Notes: generated by a model not told the origin, from the sequence alone. A DNA stretch of 64,000 nt from an uncultured Cytophagia bacterium (GCA_964387285.1 CAYLWO010000002.1:4070-68069); one strand, 5' to 3'; numbered from the stretch's first letter, positions 19,296 to 28,133 are shown. Made by a program: numbers and translations.

Positions 19296-20411
19296 TTGAT
19301 AATAATTTTCTACATAACCTGCGGAATGACGGCCATTTACGGCTTGTGCCTCATACTGTTCTCCCTGGGATTGCTGCGCAGGCAGAACAAAAGTGTATTA
19401 CAACCCTTTGTTTCTGTAATTGTAGCTTGTCGCAATGAACAGGAAAATATTACACCCCTGTTGCATGCCTTGACCCGGCAAAATTACCCATCTACGCGCT
19501 TTGAAATTGTCCTGGCCAATGACGCCTCTACAGACGAAACAGGGCAACGGATCAGCGCTTTTTTTAAGACCAATCCCAGTGTTGCTATTAAAAAAATCTC
19601 CGTGCAGAACCGCGATCAGGCGGCTTCGCCCAAAAAAAATGCGCTGAGTCAGGCGATTGCATTTTCTACAGGAGAGGTGCTGCTTTTTACAGATGCCGAT
19701 TGTCGGCCAGGCCCGGACTGGATCGCAAGTATCGTCCAATATTTCTCGCCAGATGTTGGCATGGTTATCGGTTTCTCGCCGTATGAATTGCCTTCGCTGC
19801 AGGGCATTGGGCAACGATTGCTGGCCATAGAGTCCCTATCCCTCGCAGCTCTGGCTGCCGGCACAACCGGATGGGGACGGCCGGCCACCTGTACCGGTCG
19901 CAATCTCGCCTATCGCAGAAAAGTTTATGATGAATTGGGCGGATTCAAGGAAATTGCGCAATTTGTATCCGGCGACGACGATTTGTTTTTAAAACTGGTC
20001 GTGCAACGCACGCGCTATCGGGTAAGATACGCGTTGGACAGCCGCGCGGTTGTGCCGACTCTAATTTTGACAAATGGCCGGCATTTTTTTCAACAACGTT
20101 TGCGCCACGCTTCCAAAGGTTTTCACTATGGCTGGCGCATGACCTCTGTGCTGGCCGGCGCCTGGTTGTACAATTTTTTGTTGTTGGGATTGCTGTTAAC
20201 TCCGTGGCGCGGATATGCCATTATGCTTTTCCTGGTAAAAGCCTTTTCAGAATTACCGCTCCTGCTGGGTTTTGCAGCAAAAATGAACAGAGTATCCTAT
20301 TTTACCGTTTGGCCGTTGGCTGCTTTTTTGCATATTTGTTACGTCGTGGTCATTGGCGCATTGGGACCGTTCCTGAAATTCAATTGGAAAGAGATCAGGG
20401 TTCATTCATGA
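19296..20411 (+). CDS. Membrane GT2 glycosyltransferase, GT21-like paralog 3
   Basis: VSVIVACRNEQENI, FTDADC, SGDDDLF, QQRLRH and C-terminal TMs. Confidence 0.75.
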   Translation: MIIIFYITCGMTAIYGLCLILFSLGLLRRQNKSVLQPFVSVIVACRNEQENITPLLHALTRQNYPSTRFEIVLANDASTDETGQRISAFFKTNPSVAIKKISVQNRDQAASPKKNALSQAIAFSTGEVLLFTDADCRPGPDWIASIVQYFSPDVGMVIGFSPYELPSLQGIGQRLLAIESLSLAALAAGTTGWGRPATCTGRNLAYRRKVYDELGGFKEIAQFVSGDDDLFLKLVVQRTRYRVRYALDSRAVVPTLILTNGRHFFQQRLRHASKGFHYGWRMTSVLAGAWLYNFLLLGLLLTPWRGYAIMLFLVKAFSELPLLLGFAAKMNRVSYFTVWPLAAFLHICYVVVIGALGPFLKFNWKEIRVHS

Positions 20412-21556
20412 TTGGCTTGTCCTACATCGTCCTGGCGTTGACGATTGTTTACGGAATAATCCTTCTGGTCTTTATTGTTGCGCTACGCTTTCCGAGTAAG
20501 GCAAACAGCCCTTTGCAGCCGCGTGTTTCCATCATTGTTGCTGCGCGCAACGAAGAAGCCAACATTGCCGCGCTGCTGGAGGATTTGGTGCAGCAGGATT
20601 ATCCGGCTGAATATGAAATCATTATCGCCAACGACGGTTCAACCGATGGCACGGCTCATCTGGTCAACGGGTTTTGCACCCGCTTTGCCAATATCCATCT
20701 ACTCAATATCGATGAGGCGCCGGCAGGATTCAGTCCGAAAAAATATGCCTTACAATGCGCAGTGGAAAAATCAACCGGCGAGATCATTCTGGCCACGGAC
20801 GCAGATTGTCGCGTGGGACCGGGCTGGATTTCCGGCATGGTTGCTTATTTTGCGCCCGAGGTGGGTTTTGTTATCGGTTTTTCGCAATATGGCAGACCGG
20901 GGCAAAAACAAAAACTGGTGGAACGGTTTCAAGCGTTCGATTTTGTCACGCTCATGGCTGTGGCAGCGGCCAGTACGCATCTGCGCATTCCCATGGCAGC
21001 CTCGGGACAAAATCTGGGCTATCGTCGCGCCGCGTTCATTCAGGTGGACGGCTATCGTTCCATCAGCCATCGCATGTCCGGCGACGATGTCCTACTCATG
21101 CAATTGATTCGCCGTCGCACGGATTATCGTATTTTATACGCTTCGGACCCGCGCACGTATGCTGTGTCAGCGCCGCAACCCACCTGGCCCGCTTTTATCA
21201 ATCAACGCAACCGCTGGGCCTCTAATGGCGGCTATCAATTGCTGTTGAGCCCCTTGTTCTTTAGCTATCTGGTTTTCACCTTTTCCTATAATTTGGCGCT
21301 GCTGCTTGGCCTCTCACTTTACGGCGCCGGTGTTCTTGGCGGATGGGGCATGCCGCTCTGCTTTCTGGCCAAAGGATTTTTTGAATTTTGTGTGGCTTGT
21401 AGCGGTTGCAGATATTTTCAGCGATCTGATCTGCTGAAATATTTTCCTCTGTGGTTTCTACTGCAGATTCCCTATATTGTTCTGGTCGGCGCCATGGGTT
21501 CTTTGGGATTATTTCGCTGGAAGGGCCGCAAAGGCGCGACAAGGATCCGGGCATAG
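20408..21556 (+). CDS. Membrane GT2 glycosyltransferase, GT21-like paralog 4
   Basis: Start ATG overlaps the paralog 3 stop (ATGA). VSIIVAARNEEANI, ATDADC, SGDDVLL, NQRNRWAS. The longer ORF from 20204 was rejected because it overlaps the paralog 3 coding region. Confidence 0.7.
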   Translation: MIGLSYIVLALTIVYGIILLVFIVALRFPSKANSPLQPRVSIIVAARNEEANIAALLEDLVQQDYPAEYEIIIANDGSTDGTAHLVNGFCTRFANIHLLNIDEAPAGFSPKKYALQCAVEKSTGEIILATDADCRVGPGWISGMVAYFAPEVGFVIGFSQYGRPGQKQKLVERFQAFDFVTLMAVAAASTHLRIPMAASGQNLGYRRAAFIQVDGYRSISHRMSGDDVLLMQLIRRRTDYRILYASDPRTYAVSAPQPTWPAFINQRNRWASNGGYQLLLSPLFFSYLVFTFSYNLALLLGLSLYGAGVLGGWGMPLCFLAKGFFEFCVACSGCRYFQRSDLLKYFPLWFLLQIPYIVLVGAMGSLGLFRWKGRKGATRIRA

Positions 21557-22076
21557 CCAAAGGCTGTTTATTTTTTTTCGTTATAATAATAAATGACGTT
21601 CAATGATGCTGTAAGAAATTTATGATCTATTCCCCCATAGTCGCCCAGATGTTTGATGCGACCGGCGAAGTTCTTTTGCACCTGCATCTCGATGCCAATC
21701 TTGTTAAATCTATATCCTGCCGCTAAAATAAAACCGGTAAAGCAAGATAAGCTTCAGCCCAATCCGCATTTACAATCTGTGACCAGTTGCTATAATATGC
21801 CGTTCTATTTTCCACTCTGGCTCCGCGTAGTAGAATTTCCATCCCATAGACCAGCGAAAGGTATTTTTTTGCAAACTCTCGACGCCTATGCCCATGGAAT
21901 ACCTTAATAGTGGTTTGGAAGAGGTGTCGTAAAATTTGGAGCAATTAACGCTGCCGGAAATAAAAAGGGCGAGCCGGCTCGGGTTTCAGAAAAACGAAGC
22001 AACATCAGGAATAGAAACAAAATGCTTTCTAAAACCGTCTGAAAACCGTAAATTCTGCACTGATTTGAGGAAGAGC

Positions 22077-23132
22077 ATGAGCGCACCGATACAGCTGCTA
22101 AACAATCTGTTACATCGCCGGCCGGTCAACTCGAGCACGGAAATCCGTCTGACCCGCCTGTGCACGCAACGCTGCCGGCAGTGTCGCGTTTACGAACGGG
22201 AAACCCAGCCGGCCAGCATGAGTCTGGAACAATTTCAAATGATCCGGCGGCGGTTGCGTGAATACGGTGCCTGGCTCGGCTTTATCTCCGGCGGCGAAGC
22301 GTTGCTGGCGCCGGATCTGTTGCCCATCCTGGCAGAGGCGAAAAAGACCTTTCGCTGCGCCACCACCCTGGTCACAGGGCTTTACCATCAACGTCAACGG
22401 GTATTGGAAGCGGCCGAGTTTTGCCTGGCAAACAATATCAACATCCAGACCTCCATGGACGGCATCGGCCCTGTGGGTAATTACTTGCGCGGCGTCAAGA
22501 ATTTTAGCGATACCGTGCTGGAGCATATGGCCTTAATCAGCGCCATGAAAAAAAATTCTCAATCGCTGCTCTACGCAAACATTGTGCTCAACAACCTGAA
22601 TCGCAACCAGGTTCCGGATCTGATCCGGCGCTGCCGCGGCCTGGGTTGGCGCGTCACCATCGGCCTGTATCACAACCTTACCGAGACCACACGCAGAGAC
22701 GACGAGTTGCGTATTACACCGGATGAACAACTTGATCAACTGCTGGCTTTTCTGGATCACAATCCGGATATTTTGAATTTAAATTCATTCATTCGCGGCA
22801 TCGGCCCGTTTTTACGCAGCGGGAAAACGACACGTTGTCCCTTTGTCGCCGGCCGCATCTGGATGACGCGCACCACCATCATGGAAAACGGCGACCTGCA
22901 TCTGTGTTGGGGCGGCCCCATCGGCAATCTTTTCTCCTCTTCCCTGCGGGAAATATTCCACAGCTCCGTTTATACCGACCGCCTGGCTGCTTACGACCGC
23001 TGTGCCGGCTGTTGGACCACCTGCTACACGCAACGGCTGTTGCTCTTGCGTCCTCGCTCCCTGACCGAATTACGAGACAACATCGTCAAGATGATCCACC
23101 TGCGTCGTTATCAACAGGAGCGGCCGGCGTGA
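22077..23132 (+). CDS. Radical SAM protein with Cys-rich C-terminal domain, paralog 2
   Basis: RLCTQRCRQC (Cx3Cx2C), ISGGEALL. C-term CPFVAG...LHLCWGG...CAGCWTTC. Start chosen at the ATG preceded by GAGGAAGAG. The ORF-track start at 21936 lacks an RBS. Confidence 0.65.
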   Translation: MSAPIQLLNNLLHRRPVNSSTEIRLTRLCTQRCRQCRVYERETQPASMSLEQFQMIRRRLREYGAWLGFISGGEALLAPDLLPILAEAKKTFRCATTLVTGLYHQRQRVLEAAEFCLANNINIQTSMDGIGPVGNYLRGVKNFSDTVLEHMALISAMKKNSQSLLYANIVLNNLNRNQVPDLIRRCRGLGWRVTIGLYHNLTETTRRDDELRITPDEQLDQLLAFLDHNPDILNLNSFIRGIGPFLRSGKTTRCPFVAGRIWMTRTTIMENGDLHLCWGGPIGNLFSSSLREIFHSSVYTDRLAAYDRCAGCWTTCYTQRLLLLRPRSLTELRDNIVKMIHLRRYQQERPA

Positions 23133-23899
23133 AAAAATTTTTATTTCTTTTACTGATCGCCGGCGTAGCCGGCAGTGGTGAAAAAGTGCGATTCATCGGC
23201 CATGCTGATTTAAATCGATTTATTGGCGAACAACTGGATTTCTCCTTGTCCTTGCGCGGGGTCAGCGCAGCCAAGGCGCGCATGCTTTGCGACACCCTCG
23301 GTATCGACCGCTGGCTTATCTCAGCCGACATATCGACAAAATTCTGGGCTGATCTGGTTTTCCCAGTGCACAATATTTACCAGACCTTTCTCGATCGCCG
23401 CGACGGCCGCACTGCAGAGACCTATAAAAAAATCAAACAAAAAAATCTTGGCCAGGAGATGCATGTCGTTTTTGATTATAAACAAAAGCAGGCGACCGGT
23501 TATTCGGATGGCAGCCGCACCATTCGCGATTCCCTGCAAACCCTCTTTGCCATGCTCTATCACTTGCGCGCCATGGATTTGTCTTTACATGATTCTGTCT
23601 TCTGTTTATTGGAAATTGAATCACAGTGGTGGCAAGTAGCCGGGAAAGTCAGACAGGGAGAAAAAACCACCGGACCTTTTTCTCGTCTCGAGGTCCGCGA
23701 TGTGGTGCTTACTTTTTCCCCTCACGGCGCGGTTGTTGCCCGTCCCTGGAAAACCGATTTGCTGACCAATCGCATTGCCCGCAGCGGCCGGTTGCTCATC
23801 CGGCTGGGGCCTGCGCCGGAGAATTTGCCAATATGGATACAGATCGGCGAGGCCAAACAGACCGTGACGCTCAAATTGAACAGCTGTAAAAAGGTGTAA
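23129..23899 (+). CDS. Secreted hypothetical protein (possibly DUF3108-like)
   Basis: GTG start overlapping the upstream stop (GTGA). Signal peptide VKKFLFLLLIAGVAGSG. About 256 aa, no catalytic motif recognised. Confidence 0.4.
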   Translation: MKKFLFLLLIAGVAGSGEKVRFIGHADLNRFIGEQLDFSLSLRGVSAAKARMLCDTLGIDRWLISADISTKFWADLVFPVHNIYQTFLDRRDGRTAETYKKIKQKNLGQEMHVVFDYKQKQATGYSDGSRTIRDSLQTLFAMLYHLRAMDLSLHDSVFCLLEIESQWWQVAGKVRQGEKTTGPFSRLEVRDVVLTFSPHGAVVARPWKTDLLTNRIARSGRLLIRLGPAPENLPIWIQIGEAKQTVTLKLNSCKKV

Positions 23900-23902
23900 T
23901 GC

Positions 23903-25030
23903 ATGGTCACGCTCATCCATATATTTTGCGCCATCCTCTATCTTTTAGTAGGCATCGCTATCCTGTTGCTGCTGAAAAAAAGCTGGCCACAAAAAAAGTC
24001 TGTGGAACCGGTTCTGGCCTCTGTCATCATTGCCGGACGCAATGAAGCGCCGCATTGGCCGGCCTGTTTGGACGCTTTGGCAAATTTGGATTATCCGACG
24101 GACAAATTGGAAATCATCCTGGTTGACGATGCCTCCCGCGATCACTCCTTGTCGCTTTTGCGTGCGTTTGCGCAACAGCGTCCGTTTGTACGCGTCATCT
24201 CCCTTTCTGTGGAAGCGAAAGAATTGGCCGGCAAGGCCGGCGCGGTTTTGCCGGCCATCGAATCCAGCAAGGGCGAAATTATCTTTGTCACGGATGCCGA
24301 TTGTCAAGTTCCGCAAAACTGGATTTTAAGTCACCTTTCCTTCTTTACTGATGAGGTGGGATTGGTCGGCGGCCTGACTTTGCTGGATCAACCGCGTCAC
24401 AAGTATGGCGCTTTTCAGCGTATCCAATCCCTGGATTGGTTGTTCCTGCTGTCGGTCGCCTTTGCGGCCGGCCGTATCGGCAGACCCCTGAGTTGGATGG
24501 GCAACAACATGGCCTTTCGTCGCACAGCGTATCACGCGGTGGGCGGCTATCGTTCGCTGGCCAGCCATTTAATCGAAGATTTCAGTCTGATGGACGCGAT
24601 GGTCCGGCAGACTCCGTGGCGGGTTGTTTTACACACCCAGGCCTCGGCCATGGTGCTAAGCTGCGCTGAAAAAACCGTGACCGGGCTTTATCGACAGCGT
24701 CGGCGTTGGGCCCTGGGCGTACGACCGGTGCGCCTGTTGGGTAAAGGCTTGTTGTCGGTTTTTTATATCAGCCACATGCTGGTTTGGTTGGCGTTGGTTT
24801 GCAGCCAGACAACAGGATGGCTGCTATTTATCGTCATCCTCGCAACAGATGCAGCCATTCTGATCACAGCTGCCGGACCGATCAACCGGCATGATCTGTT
24901 GAAATGGCTGCCTAGCTTGCAATTGTATTATTTCCTGGCAATCTTGTTGCTGCCGCCGATTCTTTTATTCGATAAAAAAATCATCTGGAAGGACAAGGTC
25001 TACCATTCAATGGATCAAAGTGTCCGCTGA
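23903..25030 (+). CDS. Membrane GT2 glycosyltransferase, GT21-like paralog 5 (divergent D3 motif EDF)
   Basis: ASVIIAGRNEAPHW, IILVDDASRDH, VTDADC, LIEDFSLMDAM (resembles the AEDYF region of ceramide glucosyltransferase), RQRRRWALG, C-terminal TMs. Confidence 0.75.
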   Translation: MVTLIHIFCAILYLLVGIAILLLLKKSWPQKKSVEPVLASVIIAGRNEAPHWPACLDALANLDYPTDKLEIILVDDASRDHSLSLLRAFAQQRPFVRVISLSVEAKELAGKAGAVLPAIESSKGEIIFVTDADCQVPQNWILSHLSFFTDEVGLVGGLTLLDQPRHKYGAFQRIQSLDWLFLLSVAFAAGRIGRPLSWMGNNMAFRRTAYHAVGGYRSLASHLIEDFSLMDAMVRQTPWRVVLHTQASAMVLSCAEKTVTGLYRQRRRWALGVRPVRLLGKGLLSVFYISHMLVWLALVCSQTTGWLLFIVILATDAAILITAAGPINRHDLLKWLPSLQLYYFLAILLLPPILLFDKKIIWKDKVYHSMDQSVR

Positions 25031-25073
25031 TAACAACCTGGTTGTCTAGTGCGTATTTAAGCCGGAATCGATC

Positions 25074-26075
25074 ATGTCGCTTTTGCCGCCGCTTTTGCTG
25101 CATTATTATATTACTTATCGTTGCAATTGTCGCTGTCGTTTTTGCGAAATCTGGCAAATGAATGATCCCGCAGAAGCTGATCCGGCAGTTGTCCGGCTGC
25201 GCCTACGGCAGGCCAAACAGCTCGGCGTCCGCTTTGTGGATTTCACCGGCGGTGAACCGTTACTGCATCCTGATCTGCCGGATATGTTGAAAGCGGCCCA
25301 AGAGCTGGGCCTTAAAACCACCATCACCACCAACGCAGCGCTTTATCCACAACGGGCCGGCGAGTTGGCAGGTTTGGTGGATTTTTTGCATTTCTCCCTG
25401 GATGCTGCTGAGGCTGATATGCATAATCGCTTGCGCGGCGCTATCATTTTTGACACCGTTGTAGAGAGCCTGGATATTGCTCGAGCTCTGGGCGAACGAC
25501 CTGATATCACCTTTACCGCTAATGAAGAGAACCTCTCGCAACTTGCCTTGTTATCGCAAGTTGCAGAAGCGCTTGCGCTGGTGCTTGTGGTCAATCCGGT
25601 ATTTGGTCAAGAGGCACTTTCAGAGCAAGCTCTGAACTATATCGAGCAGTATAAACAACATCCTTACGTCTATATCAATCCAGCCTTTCACCGTTTGCGC
25701 AGAAGGGGCGGCAATCAAACAGATCATCCCCGTTGTCGCGTCATGGATGCGGTGATCGTCATTCTGCCGGATGATCAACTGGCTGTTCCCTGTTTTCATT
25801 TCAATCAGACGCGACGCCCCATTTCCCATTTAAAGGTCATGCAAGACGAAAAGTGGTTTAAAGATATCAAAAGGCAACAGGGAAAATTTCCGACTTGTCA
25901 GGGGTGTGTGCTGAACTGTTATTTTGATCCATCTTTTCTTTATGTTCCGGATTTACTGTTTTATGAAAGCATGCAAGCGAAATTACGCTACGCCTGGCTC
26001 AAATATCTGAAACCGGATCAGAAACCAACGCAATCGGCGGGCAAACTGTTTTCTCAACTGGTCAACAAACCATGA
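25074..26075 (+). CDS. Radical SAM protein with Cys-rich C-terminal domain, paralog 3
   Basis: YRCNCRCRFC (Cx3Cx2C), FTGGEPLLHPDL. C-term CRVMDAV...VPCFHF...CQGCVLNC. Confidence 0.7.
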   Translation: MSLLPPLLLHYYITYRCNCRCRFCEIWQMNDPAEADPAVVRLRLRQAKQLGVRFVDFTGGEPLLHPDLPDMLKAAQELGLKTTITTNAALYPQRAGELAGLVDFLHFSLDAAEADMHNRLRGAIIFDTVVESLDIARALGERPDITFTANEENLSQLALLSQVAEALALVLVVNPVFGQEALSEQALNYIEQYKQHPYVYINPAFHRLRRRGGNQTDHPRCRVMDAVIVILPDDQLAVPCFHFNQTRRPISHLKVMQDEKWFKDIKRQQGKFPTCQGCVLNCYFDPSFLYVPDLLFYESMQAKLRYAWLKYLKPDQKPTQSAGKLFSQLVNKP

Positions 26076-27661
26076 ATCCCTTCGCTCTCGCGGCCAACAT
26101 CGTTTTTCCGTTCCTGTTATACGCGGAAACCCATTATCGCATTCCGGGGATTCCCAGCCGTTTATTTAAACGGGAACCGGAAATTTTAATCGATGTGCCG
26201 CATCGCGTGCAAGAGGGGCGTGCTGTGCCGGTTTTATTGATCATCAAAGACAGCGACCGATTCCCTGTTTTGCTGGAGAAACTGCATATTTTTATTGATG
26301 GCCGCGAATTTGTCTTTAATGAAAACCAAAAAATTCAACAAAAGTTTTGGCATAAAATTTATTATATCCAACCGGGAAATAACCTGTCCGGTGAAATAAG
26401 CGTCAACGCCAAAATCGAACTCGTCATCAACCAAAGGCATTGCCTGGTCCACAATGACAATTTTCATACTGCCGGTCACAAGCCGTTTCAAGTAGCGTTG
26501 GATGATCAACCTTTGCCGGGATCAGAGTTTTGCAGCTGGGCTGATATGCATTGCCACAGTTGCTACACGAACGATCAGATGGAATTCGGTCCGCCCCTGA
26601 CCGGGATCAAAGCCATGTCCGACGCCATTGGCCTGCGCGCTGCGGCGGTCACGGACCACTCTTATGATCTGGACGATTTGCCGGATAATTATCTGATTAA
26701 TGATCCGCAGACAGTAAAGTGGTACGCGCTTCTACAGGAGGTTGAACGTCTGAACCAGGCGCCCGGCCCTGTATTGATTCCGGGAGAAGAGCTTTCTGTC
26801 GGCAATTGTAAAGAACGCAATGTACACCTGTTGATTCTGAACGACCCGGATTTTTATCACGGCACGGGCGATTCAGGAGAAAAATGGCTGAAAACGAAAC
26901 CGCAAACCTTCATCCCATATCTCTTAGCGCACCTGTCTCCGCAGGCAGCGGCGTTTGCCGCTCATCCCAAAGCTTTGCCGCCCTGGCCGCAACGCTGGTT
27001 GTTGGGCCGCGATCAATGGCATGATCAGGATTGTGCGCAGCCCGGATTACATGGACTGCAAATCTGGAACGGCGAAGGGGCTGCCGGTTTCGAGCAGGGT
27101 TTGGCGAGTTGGATTAGACAGCTGCTCGACGGCCGATCATTGACCATCATCGGCGGCAATGACAGTCATGGCGATTTCAATCGCGTACGGCACATCAAAA
27201 TTCCCTTCTGGTCAATTTTAGAAAGTACGCACCATGTTTTTGGCTGCGTGCGCACCGGCTTGTTGACCCGGACGGCAACAACTACGAACCAATTTGTGCA
27301 AGCACTGCGAAAAGGTCATTGCATCATCAGCAACGGCCCTTTTGCCCAACTCGTGATTGCCGGAAAAAGCAGCGGGGAAACGGTGCAGGAAAAGAATCCG
27401 CCGCTGTTACTCCGCGCCAGTTCAACCCCCAACTTTGGTTTTCTGCAGCACATGGATATTTATATCGGCGACCAGCAAAAAAAACAGGAGGTCAAACGGA
27501 CCATAGCCGCGCCTCCTGCATGTCTGCATTTCGAGCGAAATATAAACGACCTGTCTTTGCCGCAACAAGGGTATGTGCGTTTACAGGTTTTCACTGAAAA
27601 GGATGGTCGCTCCTACCAATGCCTCACCAATCCCGTTTATCTTTCTCTTAAAACAATTTGA
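26072..27661 (+). CDS. PHP-domain-like metal-dependent phosphoesterase (putative)
   Basis: ATGA overlap with the upstream radical SAM gene. Candidate PHP motifs DMHCHS, AVTDHS, HLLILND, GGNDSHGD. 529 aa. The assignment is tentative. Confidence 0.4.
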   Translation: MNPFALAANIVFPFLLYAETHYRIPGIPSRLFKREPEILIDVPHRVQEGRAVPVLLIIKDSDRFPVLLEKLHIFIDGREFVFNENQKIQQKFWHKIYYIQPGNNLSGEISVNAKIELVINQRHCLVHNDNFHTAGHKPFQVALDDQPLPGSEFCSWADMHCHSCYTNDQMEFGPPLTGIKAMSDAIGLRAAAVTDHSYDLDDLPDNYLINDPQTVKWYALLQEVERLNQAPGPVLIPGEELSVGNCKERNVHLLILNDPDFYHGTGDSGEKWLKTKPQTFIPYLLAHLSPQAAAFAAHPKALPPWPQRWLLGRDQWHDQDCAQPGLHGLQIWNGEGAAGFEQGLASWIRQLLDGRSLTIIGGNDSHGDFNRVRHIKIPFWSILESTHHVFGCVRTGLLTRTATTTNQFVQALRKGHCIISNGPFAQLVIAGKSSGETVQEKNPPLLLRASSTPNFGFLQHMDIYIGDQQKKQEVKRTIAAPPACLHFERNINDLSLPQQGYVRLQVFTEKDGRSYQCLTNPVYLSLKTI

Positions 27662-28133
27662 TTTTCTTCATGATTCTTTTCAAACCGCGACCGAAAATTT
27701 CCGGCTCGAGCTCAATATGCCGGTCGTCCCCTTCGCCGTAAGAGATGGCTTTGATCGCTTCATTGTCCTTCAGAGCCTCATGAATGATGAATCGTTCATA
27801 ACTGCTCATGTGCGGCAAGATCACTTTTTGTCCGCTCTGCATGGCCTCTTCGGCCTTTTTCTCGGCATACCTGCGCAAATTACCTACCGGATACAGACGC
27901 AATTCGTACTGATCCTCGCCGATGCGATAGGTTTTAGTAGCCACATTGGGGTCTTTGTCAAACTCGCGATGAATCTGTTTGCGTTCAAAAGCATTCAGCA
28001 GGGTCAGGGAAATGGGAACAATGGAATCGCACAAATCCTCACGCACTTTGGCGATCAATCGCACCATTTTACCGTCCATCTCTTTGCCACGCTCTCTTTT
28101 CTCATCAAAACGTCTGCGCGTTCTTTTTTCCAT
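27648..28133 (-). CDS. Jag/KhpB-like RNA-binding protein (KH + R3H domains)
   Basis: R3H motif ILPHMSSYERFIIHEAL. Confidence 0.6.
   Translation of the reverse strand: MEKRTRRRFDEKRERGKEMDGKMVRLIAKVREDLCDSIVPISLTLLNAFERKQIHREFDKDPNVATKTYRIGEDQYELRLYPVGNLRRYAEKKAEEAMQSGQKVILPHMSSYERFIIHEALKDNEAIKAISYGEGDDRHIELEPEIFGRGLKRIMKKIKLF

Noticed and set aside
21936-22076. Long N-terminal extension of the second radical SAM gene (ORF-track start 21936).
   Set aside because: No RBS is present. The internal ATG at 22077 has a GAGGAAGAG Shine-Dalgarno and gives an N-terminus matching the paralogs. Extensions of the GWxTD gene (35311), the HExxH gene (43550), the WbqC-like gene (4692) and cdd (48788 TTG) were rejected likewise.
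12608-27661. Interpretation of the radical SAM/GT locus as a RiPP (SPASM peptide maturase) cluster.
   Set aside because: No small precursor-peptide ORF, RRE domain, protease or exporter of RiPP type is present. The GTs are membrane lipid-type (GT21-like) rather than S/O-glycosyltransferases of glycocins, and the radical SAM proteins look MoaA/HpnH-like.
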